DNA of 64,000 nucleotides, taken from contig JBAZFW010000002.1 in the NCBI GenBank assembly GCA_041653215.1, positions 8,990 to 72,989 of the forward strand, in the 5' to 3' direction. Within the stretch, counting starts at the first letter, position 1. The number at the start of each line of letters is the position of its first letter. The translations under genes were made by a program, and so were the position numbers. The notes under the pieces were generated by a model. It was given only the letters and a program-made list of their open reading frames with translations. It had not been told where the DNA came from and searched no databases. This DNA is from Patescibacteria group bacterium (lineage in GTDB: Bacteria; Patescibacteriota; Patescibacteriia; Patescibacteriales; GWC2-42-12). Of the stretch, positions 37,022 to 46,656 are shown piece by piece.

Positions 37022-37050
37022 TTGACAGCTACATAAATAAACTATATAAT
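37022..37050 (+). promoter_or_regulatory. Consensus sigma70 promoter TTGACA-17-TATAAT
   Basis: ttgaca at 37022-37027 and tataat at 37045-37050. It heads the infA-rpmJ-rpsM-rpsK-rpsD-rpoA-rplQ cluster. Confidence 0.6.
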
Positions 37051-37145
37051 TATTTTACAGTAAATAAACAGTAAATAAAGTTTTGGCATCTCGCCTCGGG
37101 CGAGTAATTTTTTGCCAAAGCTATTTTTGTTTTAAAACGTATTTA

Positions 37146-37385
37146 ATGCAAGAACAAAGCAACAAAACAATTAGTTCTAAAGATTTTATTGAAATGCAAG
37201 GCGAGGTAGTAGAATTAATGCCGGCCGCCAGTTTTAAAGTTATGCTGGAAAACGGCCATGAAATTTTGACGCATCTTTCCGGTAAAATGAGAATGAATAA
37301 AATTAGACTTTTACCAGGAGACAAAGTTAAAGTTCAAATCAGCCCTTACGATTTAACTAAAGGCAGAATAACTTATAGACTCTAA
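37146..37385 (+). CDS. infA: Translation initiation factor IF-1
   Basis: [63 protein letters not shown]. The start was set at the ATG at 37146; the tracked TTG extension covers a leader hairpin. Confidence 0.9.
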   Translation: MQEQSNKTISSKDFIEMQGEVVELMPAASFKVMLENGHEILTHLSGKMRMNKIRLLPGDKVKVQISPYDLTKGRITYRL

Positions 37386-37405
37386 AGAATAATATAAATT
37401 ACTAT

Positions 37406-37519
37406 ATGAAAGTAAGAAGCAGCGTAAAAAAAATTTGTAAAGATTGTAAAATAATTAGACGCAACGGTCGAGTATGCGTTATTTGTAAGACTCCAAAACA
37501 TAAACAGAGACAAGGTTAA
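37406..37519 (+). CDS. rpmJ: 50S ribosomal protein L36
   Basis: Not in the ORF track (37 aa). It translates as [37 protein letters not shown] with the CxxC...CxxxxH zinc motif. Confidence 0.9.
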   Translation: MKVRSSVKKICKDCKIIRRNGRVCVICKTPKHKQRQG

Positions 37520-37537
37520 TTTTAATAATTTCATTTT

Positions 37538-37930
37538 ATGTCTATAAGAATTGCTGGCGTAACTATACCAAACGAAAAAAGAGTTGAAATTGCTTTAACT
37601 TATATTTATGGCATTGGTAATTCAAAATCCAAAGCCATTTTAAAATTGGCAAAAATTGACCCTAATATTAGAGTTAAAGATTTAGACGATGAACAGGCTA
37701 ATAAATTAAGAAGTTTGATTGAAAAATATAATAAAGTTGAAGGCGATTTAAAACGCGACGTTTTTGCTAATATAAAAAGATTAAAAGAAATAAATAGTTA
37801 TCGCGGCTCAAGGCACGCGAAAGGTTTACCATGTAGAGGCCAGCGAACTAAAACTAATAACCGCACAGTCCGCGGTAATGTTAGAAAAACCGCTACTTCT
37901 GGTAAAAAACCAGCCGCGCAAAAAACTTAA
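37538..37930 (+). CDS. rpsM: 30S ribosomal protein S13
   Basis: [32 protein letters not shown]...[21 protein letters not shown]. Confidence 0.95.
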   Translation: MSIRIAGVTIPNEKRVEIALTYIYGIGNSKSKAILKLAKIDPNIRVKDLDDEQANKLRSLIEKYNKVEGDLKRDVFANIKRLKEINSYRGSRHAKGLPCRGQRTKTNNRTVRGNVRKTATSGKKPAAQKT

Positions 37931-37958
37931 AAATTAGACTAAAAGAACGCTATTATAT

Positions 37959-38516
37959 ATGACAGAAGAAAAAAAACAACAAGATGCAGAAGTAAAAGAG
38001 GAAGAAAAAATACAATCCATAACTGAAATGGATGAGCCGATTGTTAACACCGGCAATCCTTTAAATATGGCCGAAGAATTGCCAGAAGAAATTAGAAAAA
38101 AATTAGAAAAAAGTAAAGAAGATAGAAAAACCAACAAGAAAAAAGGACGAAAAAAGAAAGTTGATAAAAAGGTTCCGGTAGGCGTCGCTCACGTTAAAGC
38201 GACTTATAACAATACAATCGTTGCTTTATCAGATTTAAGCGGCAATATTATATCATGGGCTTCGGCTGGTATGGCTGGTTTTAAGGGGCCGAAAAAATCA
38301 ACTCCTTATGCAGCTCAAATAATTACTAGAATCGCCGTGGAAAAAGCTAAAGAATTCGGTTTAGGCGAAGTAAGCGTTATGGTAAAAGGCGTAGGTACCG
38401 GCCGCGAATCAGCGATCAGAGCTTTAAATGCTAATGGTTTAATTATTACTTCAATTAAAGATATCACACCTATACCTCATAATGGTTGTAGGCCTAAAAA
38501 ACCAAGAAGAGTATAA
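37959..38516 (+). CDS. rpsK: 30S ribosomal protein S11 with ~55-aa charged N-terminal extension
   Basis: The core [46 protein letters not shown] is preceded by an E/K-rich extension. Confidence 0.9.
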   Translation: MTEEKKQQDAEVKEEEKIQSITEMDEPIVNTGNPLNMAEELPEEIRKKLEKSKEDRKTNKKKGRKKKVDKKVPVGVAHVKATYNNTIVALSDLSGNIISWASAGMAGFKGPKKSTPYAAQIITRIAVEKAKEFGLGEVSVMVKGVGTGRESAIRALNANGLIITSIKDITPIPHNGCRPKKPRRV

Positions 38517-38527
38517 AATAAATAAAT

Positions 38528-39157
38528 ATGGCAAAATACATAGGAGCAAAATGCAAATTATGCCGCAGAGAAGGCGATAAATTAATGTTAAAAGGGGAAA
38601 GATGTTCAACGGCAAAATGCGCGATAGTTAAAAGAAACTATCCGCCAGGTCTTCATGGTCCAAAAGGACGAGCCAGACAAAGCGGTTATAATATGCAATT
38701 AAGAGAAAAGCAAAAAGCTAAGAGAATTTATAATCTAATGGAAAAGCAATTTGCTTTAAGTTTTACTAGAGCGATCAAGCAAAAAGGTGAGGCCGGAGAA
38801 AATTTAATGAAAATATTAGAAACTAGGTTAGATAATGTTATTTATCGTTTAGGCTTTGCCGCTTCAAGAGCAGAAGCCAGAGTTTTAACTAACCATGGCC
38901 ATTTTACGGTTAATGATATTAAAGTAAATATTCCTTCATTTAACGTAAAGACCGGCGATATTATAAAAATTAAAAAGGCTAGTCGCAACAATAAAAAATT
39001 CGCAAATTTATCAGAAAAACTTAAAAAAGTAGAAATTCCTGGCTGGCTTAATCTTGATATAAAAGATTTAAGCGCTAAAGTCTTAGGCCAACCAACTAAA
39101 GAAAATTTTGAATCAAAAATCAATAGTCAAATGATCGTTGAATTCTATTCTAAATAA
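38528..39157 (+). CDS. rpsD: 30S ribosomal protein S4
   Basis: MAKYIGAKCKLCRREGDKLMLKGERC plus an S4 RNA-binding domain (RLDNVIYRLGFAASRAEARVLTNHGHFTVN). Confidence 0.95.
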   Translation: MAKYIGAKCKLCRREGDKLMLKGERCSTAKCAIVKRNYPPGLHGPKGRARQSGYNMQLREKQKAKRIYNLMEKQFALSFTRAIKQKGEAGENLMKILETRLDNVIYRLGFAASRAEARVLTNHGHFTVNDIKVNIPSFNVKTGDIIKIKKASRNNKKFANLSEKLKKVEIPGWLNLDIKDLSAKVLGQPTKENFESKINSQMIVEFYSK

Positions 39158-39178
39158 TAATATTTTAAAATAAACAAT

Positions 39179-39994
39179 ATGGAAAAAATAGCCTTGCCTC
39201 AAAAAATAGAATTTGTTAAAGGTTCGGGAGCGAACAATAAACAAGTTATTATTGAGCCATGTTATCCAGGTTATGGCGCGACTATCGGCAACGCTTTAAG
39301 GAGAGTATTGTTATCTTCTTTGCCCGGAGCCGCTGTTGTTGGCGTAAAAATTAAAGACGCTAACCACGAGTTTATGACTTTGCCTCATGTTAAGGAAGAT
39401 ATTTTAGAACTTGTTTTAAATTTAAAAAAATTGCGCTTGAAGGTTTTTAGCGATGAAATCGTAAGAATTGAACTTGATGCTAGGGGAGAAAAAGAAGTTA
39501 AAGCTTCCGATATAAAGAAAAGTAGTTTAGTTGAAATAGCTAATCCTGATTTAATTTTAGGTCATATTACCGATATGGCCGGTAGCCTAAGTATGGAAAT
39601 TTTCGTTTCTCAGGGCTCAGGTTATGTAACGGTTGAAAGTAGAGAAGGCGCTAAAAATGAAATCGGCTATATTGAAATGGATTCAATTTTTTCTCCGGTT
39701 TTAGCGGTTGGCGTAAATATCGAAAATGTTCGTATCGGAAAAATGACAAACTGGGATAAATTAGTTCTAGATTTAACCACTGATGGTACCATAGCTCCCG
39801 AAGAAGCTTTTTATAAATCAGTTGATATTTTAATAGACCAATTTAATGCTTTAGTTAAAAAAACTGATAAAAAAGAAGATGTGGAAACTAAAACTGAAAA
39901 AACCGAAGCTGAAGCTGAAGAGGTTGAGGAAGAAGTAGAAGAAGCTGATGAAGATAAAAAATCTAAAAAAAGAGGCAGACCGAAAAAAAGTTAA
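39179..39994 (+). CDS. rpoA: DNA-directed RNA polymerase alpha subunit, NTD only, with acidic/AT-hook tail
   Basis: The NTD motif is GYGATIGNALRRVLLSSLPGAAV. After about aa 226 there is only an E/K-rich tail ending KKRGRPKKS. I see no alpha-CTD-like helix-hairpin-helix sequence. Confidence 0.9.
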   Translation: MEKIALPQKIEFVKGSGANNKQVIIEPCYPGYGATIGNALRRVLLSSLPGAAVVGVKIKDANHEFMTLPHVKEDILELVLNLKKLRLKVFSDEIVRIELDARGEKEVKASDIKKSSLVEIANPDLILGHITDMAGSLSMEIFVSQGSGYVTVESREGAKNEIGYIEMDSIFSPVLAVGVNIENVRIGKMTNWDKLVLDLTTDGTIAPEEAFYKSVDILIDQFNALVKKTDKKEDVETKTEKTEAEAEEVEEEVEEADEDKKSKKRGRPKKS

Positions 39995-40013
39995 ATTGTA
40001 AATAAATTTTTAT

Positions 40014-40364
40014 ATGAGACATAGAGTAAAAGGAAAAAAATTAGATAGAAAAAAAGCGCCGAGAGAAGCGATGTTAAAAAATTTAGCTTCAAGTATTATT
40101 ATTTATGAAAAAGTTAAAACTACCGAAGCTAAGGCTAAAGCGGTAAAACCGTTGCTTGAAAAAGTTATTACTACGGCGATAAAGGGCGATTTAGCGAGCC
40201 GACGCGAATTAATAAAAATTCTACCGCAAAAAATGGCGATAAAAAAAGTTATGGAAATTTTAGCCGTTAGATATAAGGCGAGACATGGCGGTTATTCAAG
40301 AATTGTAAAATTAGGCAAAAGAATTGGCGATAACGCGAGCGTGGTACAAATTGAATTAGTCTAA
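40014..40364 (+). CDS. rplQ: 50S ribosomal protein L17
   Basis: MRHRVKGKKLDRKKAPREAMLKNLASSII...GGYSRIVKLGKRIGDNA. Confidence 0.95.
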   Translation: MRHRVKGKKLDRKKAPREAMLKNLASSIIIYEKVKTTEAKAKAVKPLLEKVITTAIKGDLASRRELIKILPQKMAIKKVMEILAVRYKARHGGYSRIVKLGKRIGDNASVVQIELV

Positions 40365-40380
40365 AACTTTTTAAAATACT

Positions 40381-40728
40381 ATGATAAAAATAGAAAGAAA
40401 ACTTCATAAAATTGACGCCAAAGATAAATCTATTGGTAGATTAGCTACGCAAATAGCTTTAATTTTACGAGGCAAAAATAAAGCTGAGTATTTACCTTAT
40501 TTAGATATGGGCGATATGGTTCAAGTAGTAAATATAGATAAAATTAAATTTACCGGTAAAAAAATCGAACAAAAAAAGTATTATAAATATTCCGGTTACC
40601 CAGGCGGTTTAAAAACTAAGAAAATAATTGATTTAAAACCGGCCGATGTTTTAAAAAGAGCGGTTAGAGATATGCTACCGCCAACTAAACATAGAGTAAA
40701 CATGCTAAAAAGATTAATCATAAATTAA
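40381..40728 (+). CDS. rplM: 50S ribosomal protein L13 (short, 115 aa)
   Basis: IDAKDKSIGRLATQIALILRGKNKAEYLPYLDMGDMVQVVN...YSGYPGGLK. Confidence 0.9.
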   Translation: MIKIERKLHKIDAKDKSIGRLATQIALILRGKNKAEYLPYLDMGDMVQVVNIDKIKFTGKKIEQKKYYKYSGYPGGLKTKKIIDLKPADVLKRAVRDMLPPTKHRVNMLKRLIIN

Positions 40729-40729
40729 T

Positions 40730-41149
40730 ATGACAGCAACAGAAGCTACAAAATTTAAAGGAAAATTTACTAACACAATCGGCCGAAGAAAAACTTCAAC
40801 CGCTCGAGTTAGACTTTATAAAAATGGCGAGGGCTTAATTATTGTTAACGGGATGGAAGCTAATAAATATTTTTCAGAAGAAGACTTATTTTCAATCATT
40901 AATCAGCCGTTAAAATTAGCTGGCCTAACTAAAGATTTTAATATATCAATTAATATCGCTGGCGGTGGTAAAAAGGGCCAAGCCGAAGCCGTGCGGCATG
41001 GTATCGCTCGCGCCTTACTCGAGCTTAACCCTGAATTAAGGGCCTCATTTAAGGTAAAGGGTTGGATTATGCGCGATGCCAGAAAAAAAGAAAGAAAGAA
41101 GCCAGGTTTAAAGAAAGCTCGCCGAGCGCCACAATGGGCCAAGAGATAA
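40730..41149 (+). CDS. rpsI: 30S ribosomal protein S9
   Basis: GRRKTSTARVRLYKNGEG...GGGKKGQAEAVRHGIARAL...RDARKKERKKPGLKKARRAPQWAKR. Confidence 0.95.
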   Translation: MTATEATKFKGKFTNTIGRRKTSTARVRLYKNGEGLIIVNGMEANKYFSEEDLFSIINQPLKLAGLTKDFNISINIAGGGKKGQAEAVRHGIARALLELNPELRASFKVKGWIMRDARKKERKKPGLKKARRAPQWAKR

Positions 41150-41173
41150 AATTATTATAGATACTATATTAAT

Positions 41174-41206
41174 AAAACTCCGAAAATCATCGGAGTTTTA
41201 TTTTTT
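41174..41206 (+). terminator. Intrinsic terminator after rpsI
   Basis: aaaactccg-aaaatcat-cggagtttt followed by a T run. Confidence 0.7.
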
Positions 41207-41238
41207 ATTAAAAATAAGCTATAATATACACATAATTT

Positions 41239-42684
41239 ATGACTGAAAAAATTACTAATATTGCTAAAAATACTTCTTATTTTACTTTAGCCTTAGTGCT
41301 ACAAAAAATAATATCTTTTACTTATTTTGTTTTAATAGCTCGCGCTATCGGTCCAGCCGATTTAGGTAAATATTATTTTGCGATTTCTTTTACTTCTATC
41401 TTCGGGATTTTTATTGATATCGGTCAATCCAATGTTTTAACTAGGGAAGTGGCTAAACATCCGAATGATACCGGGAAACTCCTTAGCTCTGTTTTTTTAA
41501 TGAAACTACCCCTAGCCGTAGTCTCAATGTTGGCGGTTTTTGGTATTATTCATTTCTCTTCTTATCCGGAAATAACTCGCCAATTAGTTTATCTTTCAAT
41601 GTTTTGTATGGCTCTAGACTCTTTTACTTTAACATTTTTTGCGGTCAGCCGAGGTTTTCATAACTTAAAATATGAAAGCATTTCCTCAATTATTTTTCAA
41701 TTAATCGTTTTTATTGTGGTTTTAGCTGTTTTAAAATTTAACCTGGGATTGGTTTGGTTGATGATGTCTTTAGTTTTAGCCAGCCTATATAATTTTATCT
41801 TCTCATTTTACATTTTAAAAAAGAAATGGGGGCTTAAAATTAATTGGCGGCCAGACAAGATGTTAATAAAAAATATATTACTGCTATCTTTACCTTTCGC
41901 CGTTTACGCAATTTTCCAAAGAGTCTATATGTATCTTGATTCAGTTTTATTATCATTTTTGGCCGGCGATCATCAGGTCGGGGTTTATCAGATTCCTTTT
42001 AAAATTATTTTTGCTTTGCAGTTTTTACCCTTAGCTTTTGTAGCTTCGCTTTTCCCAGCCTTAAGTTCTTATTGGCATAATAACCGCGAACAACTTTCCA
42101 TTACTTTCGAGCGCGCCATGAATTATTTAATTATTATTTCATTGCCGGTTTCGGTCGGCGGCATAATTTTAGCTGATAAAATAATTGTTATTTTTAAAAG
42201 CGGTTTTTCGGACGCGATTTTACCTTTGCAAATAACTATGGCTGCGGCTATTTTTATGTTTTTAAATTTTCCGGTTGGCTCTTTATTAAATGCTTGCGAT
42301 CGTCAGAACAGAAATACTATAAATATGGGTTTAACTCTAGTCGCGAGCGTTATTCTAAACTTAATTTTAATACCTCGTTATCAAGCGGTAGGCGCTAGCT
42401 TAACCGCGCTATTAACTAATTTATTTATGTTTGTTTTAGGCATGATAGTAGTGCCGCAAATTTCTAAATATGACTATAAAAAAATAATAATCATGCTATT
42501 TAAATCTCTCTTGGCGGTAGCGATTATGGGTTTAGTCGGTTATTATTTAAAAAATCAGATAAATCTTATTTTAACGATTTTATTGGCCGGCGTTAGCTAT
42601 TTTATCGCTTTATATATTTTTAAAGGTTTTAATAAAGCCGATATTGTAAGTATTTATCAATCTTTTAGCAAAAATAAAGCATGA
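41239..42684 (+). CDS. Polysaccharide/oligosaccharide flippase (Wzx, MOP superfamily)
   Basis: 481 aa with about 12-14 TM helices. The N-terminus KNTSYFTLALVLQKIISFTYFVLIARAIGPADLGKYYFAISF is typical of Polysacc_synt proteins. Confidence 0.7.
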   Translation: MTEKITNIAKNTSYFTLALVLQKIISFTYFVLIARAIGPADLGKYYFAISFTSIFGIFIDIGQSNVLTREVAKHPNDTGKLLSSVFLMKLPLAVVSMLAVFGIIHFSSYPEITRQLVYLSMFCMALDSFTLTFFAVSRGFHNLKYESISSIIFQLIVFIVVLAVLKFNLGLVWLMMSLVLASLYNFIFSFYILKKKWGLKINWRPDKMLIKNILLLSLPFAVYAIFQRVYMYLDSVLLSFLAGDHQVGVYQIPFKIIFALQFLPLAFVASLFPALSSYWHNNREQLSITFERAMNYLIIISLPVSVGGIILADKIIVIFKSGFSDAILPLQITMAAAIFMFLNFPVGSLLNACDRQNRNTINMGLTLVASVILNLILIPRYQAVGASLTALLTNLFMFVLGMIVVPQISKYDYKKIIIMLFKSLLAVAIMGLVGYYLKNQINLILTILLAGVSYFIALYIFKGFNKADIVSIYQSFSKNKA

Positions 42685-43745
42685 AAACTCTACTTTTTAC
42701 ATTAGAATATCCGCCTTTCCATGGTGGCGTGGCTAATTACTATAGTAATTTAGTTAAATATTGGCCTAAGCCTAATGAAATTTTTGTACTTAGCAATAGC
42801 GACAATCGTTTAATTAATGGAAAATTTCCATTGTTAAAATGGCTGCCAGCATTTTTTTCTTTGCGCAAAAAAATAAAACAAGAAAAAATTGATCATATTT
42901 TAGTCGGTCAAATTTTACCCTTAGGCACGGTTGCATTAATTTATTCAAAATTTTATAAAATAAAATATTCTGTTTTTCTTCATGGTATGGACTTTTCTTG
43001 GGCCGTTAAAAGCCCAAGAAAAAAATGGCTAACCGGAAAAATTCTAAAAAACGCTGATAAAATAATTTGCGTTAATAGTTATGTGGCAGATTTAGCCAGA
43101 CAAACTTTTTCGGGGATAAAACATAAAATTATTGTGGTTAACCCAGGCATAAACACCAACGCCGAAAATAATGCGCAACAAATTATACAATTAAAAGAAA
43201 AATATCATTTAGAAAATAAAATGGTTTTATTATCCGTCGGCAGGTTAGTTAAACGTAAAGGTTTTGATGTGGTAGTTGATTGTTTGCCAAAAACATTAGA
43301 GAAAATCCCTAATTTAATTTATGTGATGATTGGCGATGGGCCTGAATTAAAAAATTATCAATCAAAAAATAATGTTTTGATTATTAACAATGCATCCGAC
43401 CAAGAAAGAGATTTATGGTATAATATTTGTGACATTTTCATTATGCCATCAAGAAATATCAACGGAGATTTTGAAGGTTTCGGCATTGTTTATTTAGAGG
43501 CTAACTTAGCGGGCAAACCGGTAATCGCTGGCAAAAGCGGAGGGATTAGCGATGCCGTAATTGATGGTTTAAATGGTTTATTGGTCGACCCTTTAAGTTC
43601 AGATCAAATTATCTCGACTATTATTAAGCTAGCCCAAGATCAATCTTTAAGGCAAAAATTAGGCGCGCAGGGGAAGGCGCGCGCAATTAATGATTTTAAT
43701 TGGCCTAAACAAACTAACAAAATATATAATTTTCTTATTTTATGA
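42681..43745 (+). CDS. Glycosyltransferase family 4
   Basis: FEGFGIVYLEANLAGKPVIAGKSGGISDAV. The start overlaps the upstream stop (ATGA). Confidence 0.85.
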   Translation: MKTLLFTLEYPPFHGGVANYYSNLVKYWPKPNEIFVLSNSDNRLINGKFPLLKWLPAFFSLRKKIKQEKIDHILVGQILPLGTVALIYSKFYKIKYSVFLHGMDFSWAVKSPRKKWLTGKILKNADKIICVNSYVADLARQTFSGIKHKIIVVNPGINTNAENNAQQIIQLKEKYHLENKMVLLSVGRLVKRKGFDVVVDCLPKTLEKIPNLIYVMIGDGPELKNYQSKNNVLIINNASDQERDLWYNICDIFIMPSRNINGDFEGFGIVYLEANLAGKPVIAGKSGGISDAVIDGLNGLLVDPLSSDQIISTIIKLAQDQSLRQKLGAQGKARAINDFNWPKQTNKIYNFLIL

Positions 43746-44434
43746 TAAGCATTATCATCCCTGTCTACAATCAAGCCGAGCATTTAGCTAATTGTTTAGC
43801 TAGCATTAAAAAGCAAACTTACGATAATTATGAAATTATTATAATTAACGACGGCTCAACGGATAATATTATAAAAATAATTGAAAAGTTTAAAAAGATT
43901 TTCGGCTTAAAATTATCTTATTTTGATCAAGAAAATAGGGGAGCTAATGCGGCCAGAAACAGGGGCGCTAAACTAGCTAAAGGAGAGTATATAATTTTTT
44001 GCGATGCTGACGTTGTTATGGAATCGACTATGCTTGAGTTAATGTTAAAAACTTTAAAAGATAACCCTAACGCTAGTTTTTGTTATTCATCTTTTTTTTG
44101 GGGCAATAAAAAATTTAAACTCTGGCTTTATGATGCCTCAAGGCTTAAACAAATGCCATGCATTAACATTAACTCTTTAATAAAAAAAGGGCATTTCCCC
44201 GGCTTTGATGAAACTTTAAAAAAATTTCAAGAGTGGGATCTTTGGCTTACCATGCTTAGAGAAAATCATACTGGCGTTTGGGTTAATAAAACATTATATA
44301 AAGTTGCCGTCGGTGGCACGCAAACTATGAGTAATTGGCTGCCGTCTTTCGTTTATAAATTATTTCCCTTTTTGCCAGCAGTAAAAAAATATAACCAAGC
44401 CATGGACATAATTAAAAAAAAGCATAACTTATAA
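43742..44434 (+). CDS. Glycosyltransferase family 2
   Basis: ISIIIPVYNQAEHL, IIINDGSTD and FCDADV (DxD). Confidence 0.85.
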   Translation: MISIIIPVYNQAEHLANCLASIKKQTYDNYEIIIINDGSTDNIIKIIEKFKKIFGLKLSYFDQENRGANAARNRGAKLAKGEYIIFCDADVVMESTMLELMLKTLKDNPNASFCYSSFFWGNKKFKLWLYDASRLKQMPCININSLIKKGHFPGFDETLKKFQEWDLWLTMLRENHTGVWVNKTLYKVAVGGTQTMSNWLPSFVYKLFPFLPAVKKYNQAMDIIKKKHNL

Positions 44435-44437
44435 ATC

Positions 44438-45937
44438 ATGCTTAACCGATTAACAAATAATAAAATTCTTAGAAATACATTTTTATTTATAATTTTAGCC
44501 GAAGCGCTATCGTTTTTAGGTTACTATTATCAAATAATTAATTCTATTGCATTTTTTGCTATAGTAATTTTAGTTTTAATTTTATCATTATATCGCTTAG
44601 AATATGGTTTATTTATTCTTTTAGCCGAACTTTTAATCGGCTCTTTCGGTTATTTGTTTTATTTTGAAACCGGCGGTTTAAAAATTTCTATACGCATCGC
44701 GCTTTGGCTAATTATTATGTCAGTTTGGTTAGCTAAAGAAACTATTAAATTTATAAAAACTAAAAAGATAGAGTTAAATTTCTTCCGCTCATCTTATTTA
44801 TTTTATTTTTTAGCTTTATGTATTTTTATCTTTTTTGGGATGATAAACGGATTTTTAAAAAATAACTCCCTGAATAATATATTTTTTGATTCTAATAACT
44901 GGCTTTATTTTTTATTAGTTCTCCCAATCTTTTCAGTTCTAAAAACTGATGATAATTTAAAAACTGTTAAACAAATATTTTTAGTATCTATAAGTTGGCT
45001 TAGCATAAAAACGATTATTTTAGCCTATATTTTTTCACATAGCTTTAATTTCTTTATTTTAGATCTTTATCTCTGGGTGCGCCGTAGCGGAGTAGGGGAA
45101 ATAACTCAAGTTATTCCGGGTTTTAGCCGAATATTTATGCAATCTCATATTTTTGTTTTAATAGGATTTTTTATCTTACTATTTTATTTATTAAAAAATT
45201 TAAAAGAAAAATCCGTTGCTTTAAATAAGGCGAATTTTAGTTTGATCGGATTTAGCTCTTTACTTTTATCAACTATTATAATTAGTTTTTCCAGAAGTTT
45301 TTGGCTAGGGTTGGTGGCTGGAGCAATATTTGTCTTGTTTGTAGCTATTATAAAATTTAAAATCGATTTTAAAAAATTTATTGTTTTTAATTCGATGGTC
45401 GCGCTAACTATTATTTTAAGTTTATTTTTAACTCTATTAATTATAAAATTTCCTTACCCAAAAACGGCAGGTAATTTTGACGCTGCGAATTTACTGGGTG
45501 AAAGAGCCACTCAAATTACTAATGAAGCTGGCGCTTCTTCAAGGTGGCAACTACTGCCTGAGCTATGGCAAAAAATTAAAACCGCGCCGATTTTGGGGCG
45601 AGGCTTCGGCGCCACTGTAACTTATAAAAGTAATGACCCCAGAGTTTTAGCGACGAATTACGGAGGTGAATATACAACTTATGCTTTTGAATGGGGTTGG
45701 CTTGATGTTTGGTTAAAAATAGGAATTTTAGGTTTATTAGTATATCTAATTTTACTTGCTAAAATTATTTTTGATAGTTTAAAAATTAATTCTTATTTTT
45801 CCTTATCGCTCGCCACTGGTTTAATTTTAATATTGGCAGTTAACATGTTTAGCCCATACGCCAATCATCCCTTAGGTATAGGCTATTTAATAATAGCGGC
45901 GGTAATGATGGAAAATTTAAAAACACCCTTGCGCTAA
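44438..45937 (+). CDS. O-antigen ligase/polymerase-like membrane protein
   Basis: 499 aa, polytopic. The Wzy_C-like segment is IISFSRSFWLGLVAGAIF, followed by a periplasmic loop containing RWQLLPELWQKIKTAPILGRGFG. Confidence 0.6.
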   Translation: MLNRLTNNKILRNTFLFIILAEALSFLGYYYQIINSIAFFAIVILVLILSLYRLEYGLFILLAELLIGSFGYLFYFETGGLKISIRIALWLIIMSVWLAKETIKFIKTKKIELNFFRSSYLFYFLALCIFIFFGMINGFLKNNSLNNIFFDSNNWLYFLLVLPIFSVLKTDDNLKTVKQIFLVSISWLSIKTIILAYIFSHSFNFFILDLYLWVRRSGVGEITQVIPGFSRIFMQSHIFVLIGFFILLFYLLKNLKEKSVALNKANFSLIGFSSLLLSTIIISFSRSFWLGLVAGAIFVLFVAIIKFKIDFKKFIVFNSMVALTIILSLFLTLLIIKFPYPKTAGNFDAANLLGERATQITNEAGASSRWQLLPELWQKIKTAPILGRGFGATVTYKSNDPRVLATNYGGEYTTYAFEWGWLDVWLKIGILGLLVYLILLAKIIFDSLKINSYFSLSLATGLILILAVNMFSPYANHPLGIGYLIIAAVMMENLKTPLR

Positions 45938-46021
45938 TTTTAAATATCCTGTATATTATAGATTATGTAAATTTAATAAATCTTCGCGACTTTTTAAAAA
46001 CGCGACGATAAATAAAAAATT

Positions 46022-46480
46022 ATGCCTGATCAAATTATCTCCCAAGAAGGCTATGATAAATTAAAAAAAGAACTTGACGATAGAATTAATATTAAAAGAT
46101 TGGAAATCGCTAGCCGTATTGAAACTGCTAAAGAACTCGGCGATTTAAGCGAAAATGCCGAATATGCCGAAGCTAAAGATGAACAAGCTTTTAACGACGG
46201 GAGAATAGGCGAGTTAACGGCTTTATTAAAAAATGTTACAGTAGTACAAAATAATGGCGATAAGCATAAAATTGGCATGGGCTCAAAAGTAACCGCCGTG
46301 GCCGAAGGTAAAACCAAGGAATTCACAATTGTAAGTTTTAATGAAGCTAACCCGACTGAGGGTAAAATTTCTAATGAATCTCCTTTAGGCGTAGCTTTTA
46401 TCGGAAAAAAGAAAGGTGAGAAAATAACGGTTACTACCCCTCGCGGCAACATAATTTACGAAATTTTAAGCGTTAAATAA
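46022..46480 (+). CDS. greA: Transcription elongation factor GreA
   Basis: An N-terminal coiled coil with GDLSENAEYAEAKDEQ, and a C-terminal FKBP-like domain ISNESPLGVAFIGKKKGE. Confidence 0.9.
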   Translation: MPDQIISQEGYDKLKKELDDRINIKRLEIASRIETAKELGDLSENAEYAEAKDEQAFNDGRIGELTALLKNVTVVQNNGDKHKIGMGSKVTAVAEGKTKEFTIVSFNEANPTEGKISNESPLGVAFIGKKKGEKITVTTPRGNIIYEILSVK

Positions 46481-46510
46481 ACCCATACACCAAAATTTTG
46501 GTGTATGGGT
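46481..46510 (+). terminator. 12-bp-stem hairpin after greA (diverged member of the ACCCCCACACC hairpin family)
   Basis: acccatacacca-aaattt-tggtgtatgggt starts immediately after the stop codon. The arms differ from 15362-15392 at 2 positions, with compensatory changes in the partner arm. Confidence 0.6.
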
Positions 46511-46592
46511 AAAAATATAGTGCTCTAAAATAAGCTTTAAAATAAGCTTATTTTTTTATTCCCATATTTAACTTCTAAGTATGGGATAAATT

Positions 46593-46621
46593 TTGACTTT
46601 TAGCTTAAATTGGGGTAAAAT
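46593..46621 (+). promoter_or_regulatory. Sigma70-type promoter TTGACT-17-TAAAAT
   Basis: ttgact at 46593-46598 and taaaat at 46616-46621, upstream of lysS. Confidence 0.45.
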
Positions 46622-46656
46622 ATTATCATTAATCAAAAAATAAATTAAAGCATAAT

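Noticed and set aside
37083-37145. Tracked 21-aa N-terminal extension of infA (TTG start)
   Set aside because: It covers the leader hairpin. IF-1 homology begins after the ATG at 37146, and the resulting 79-aa protein is the normal size.
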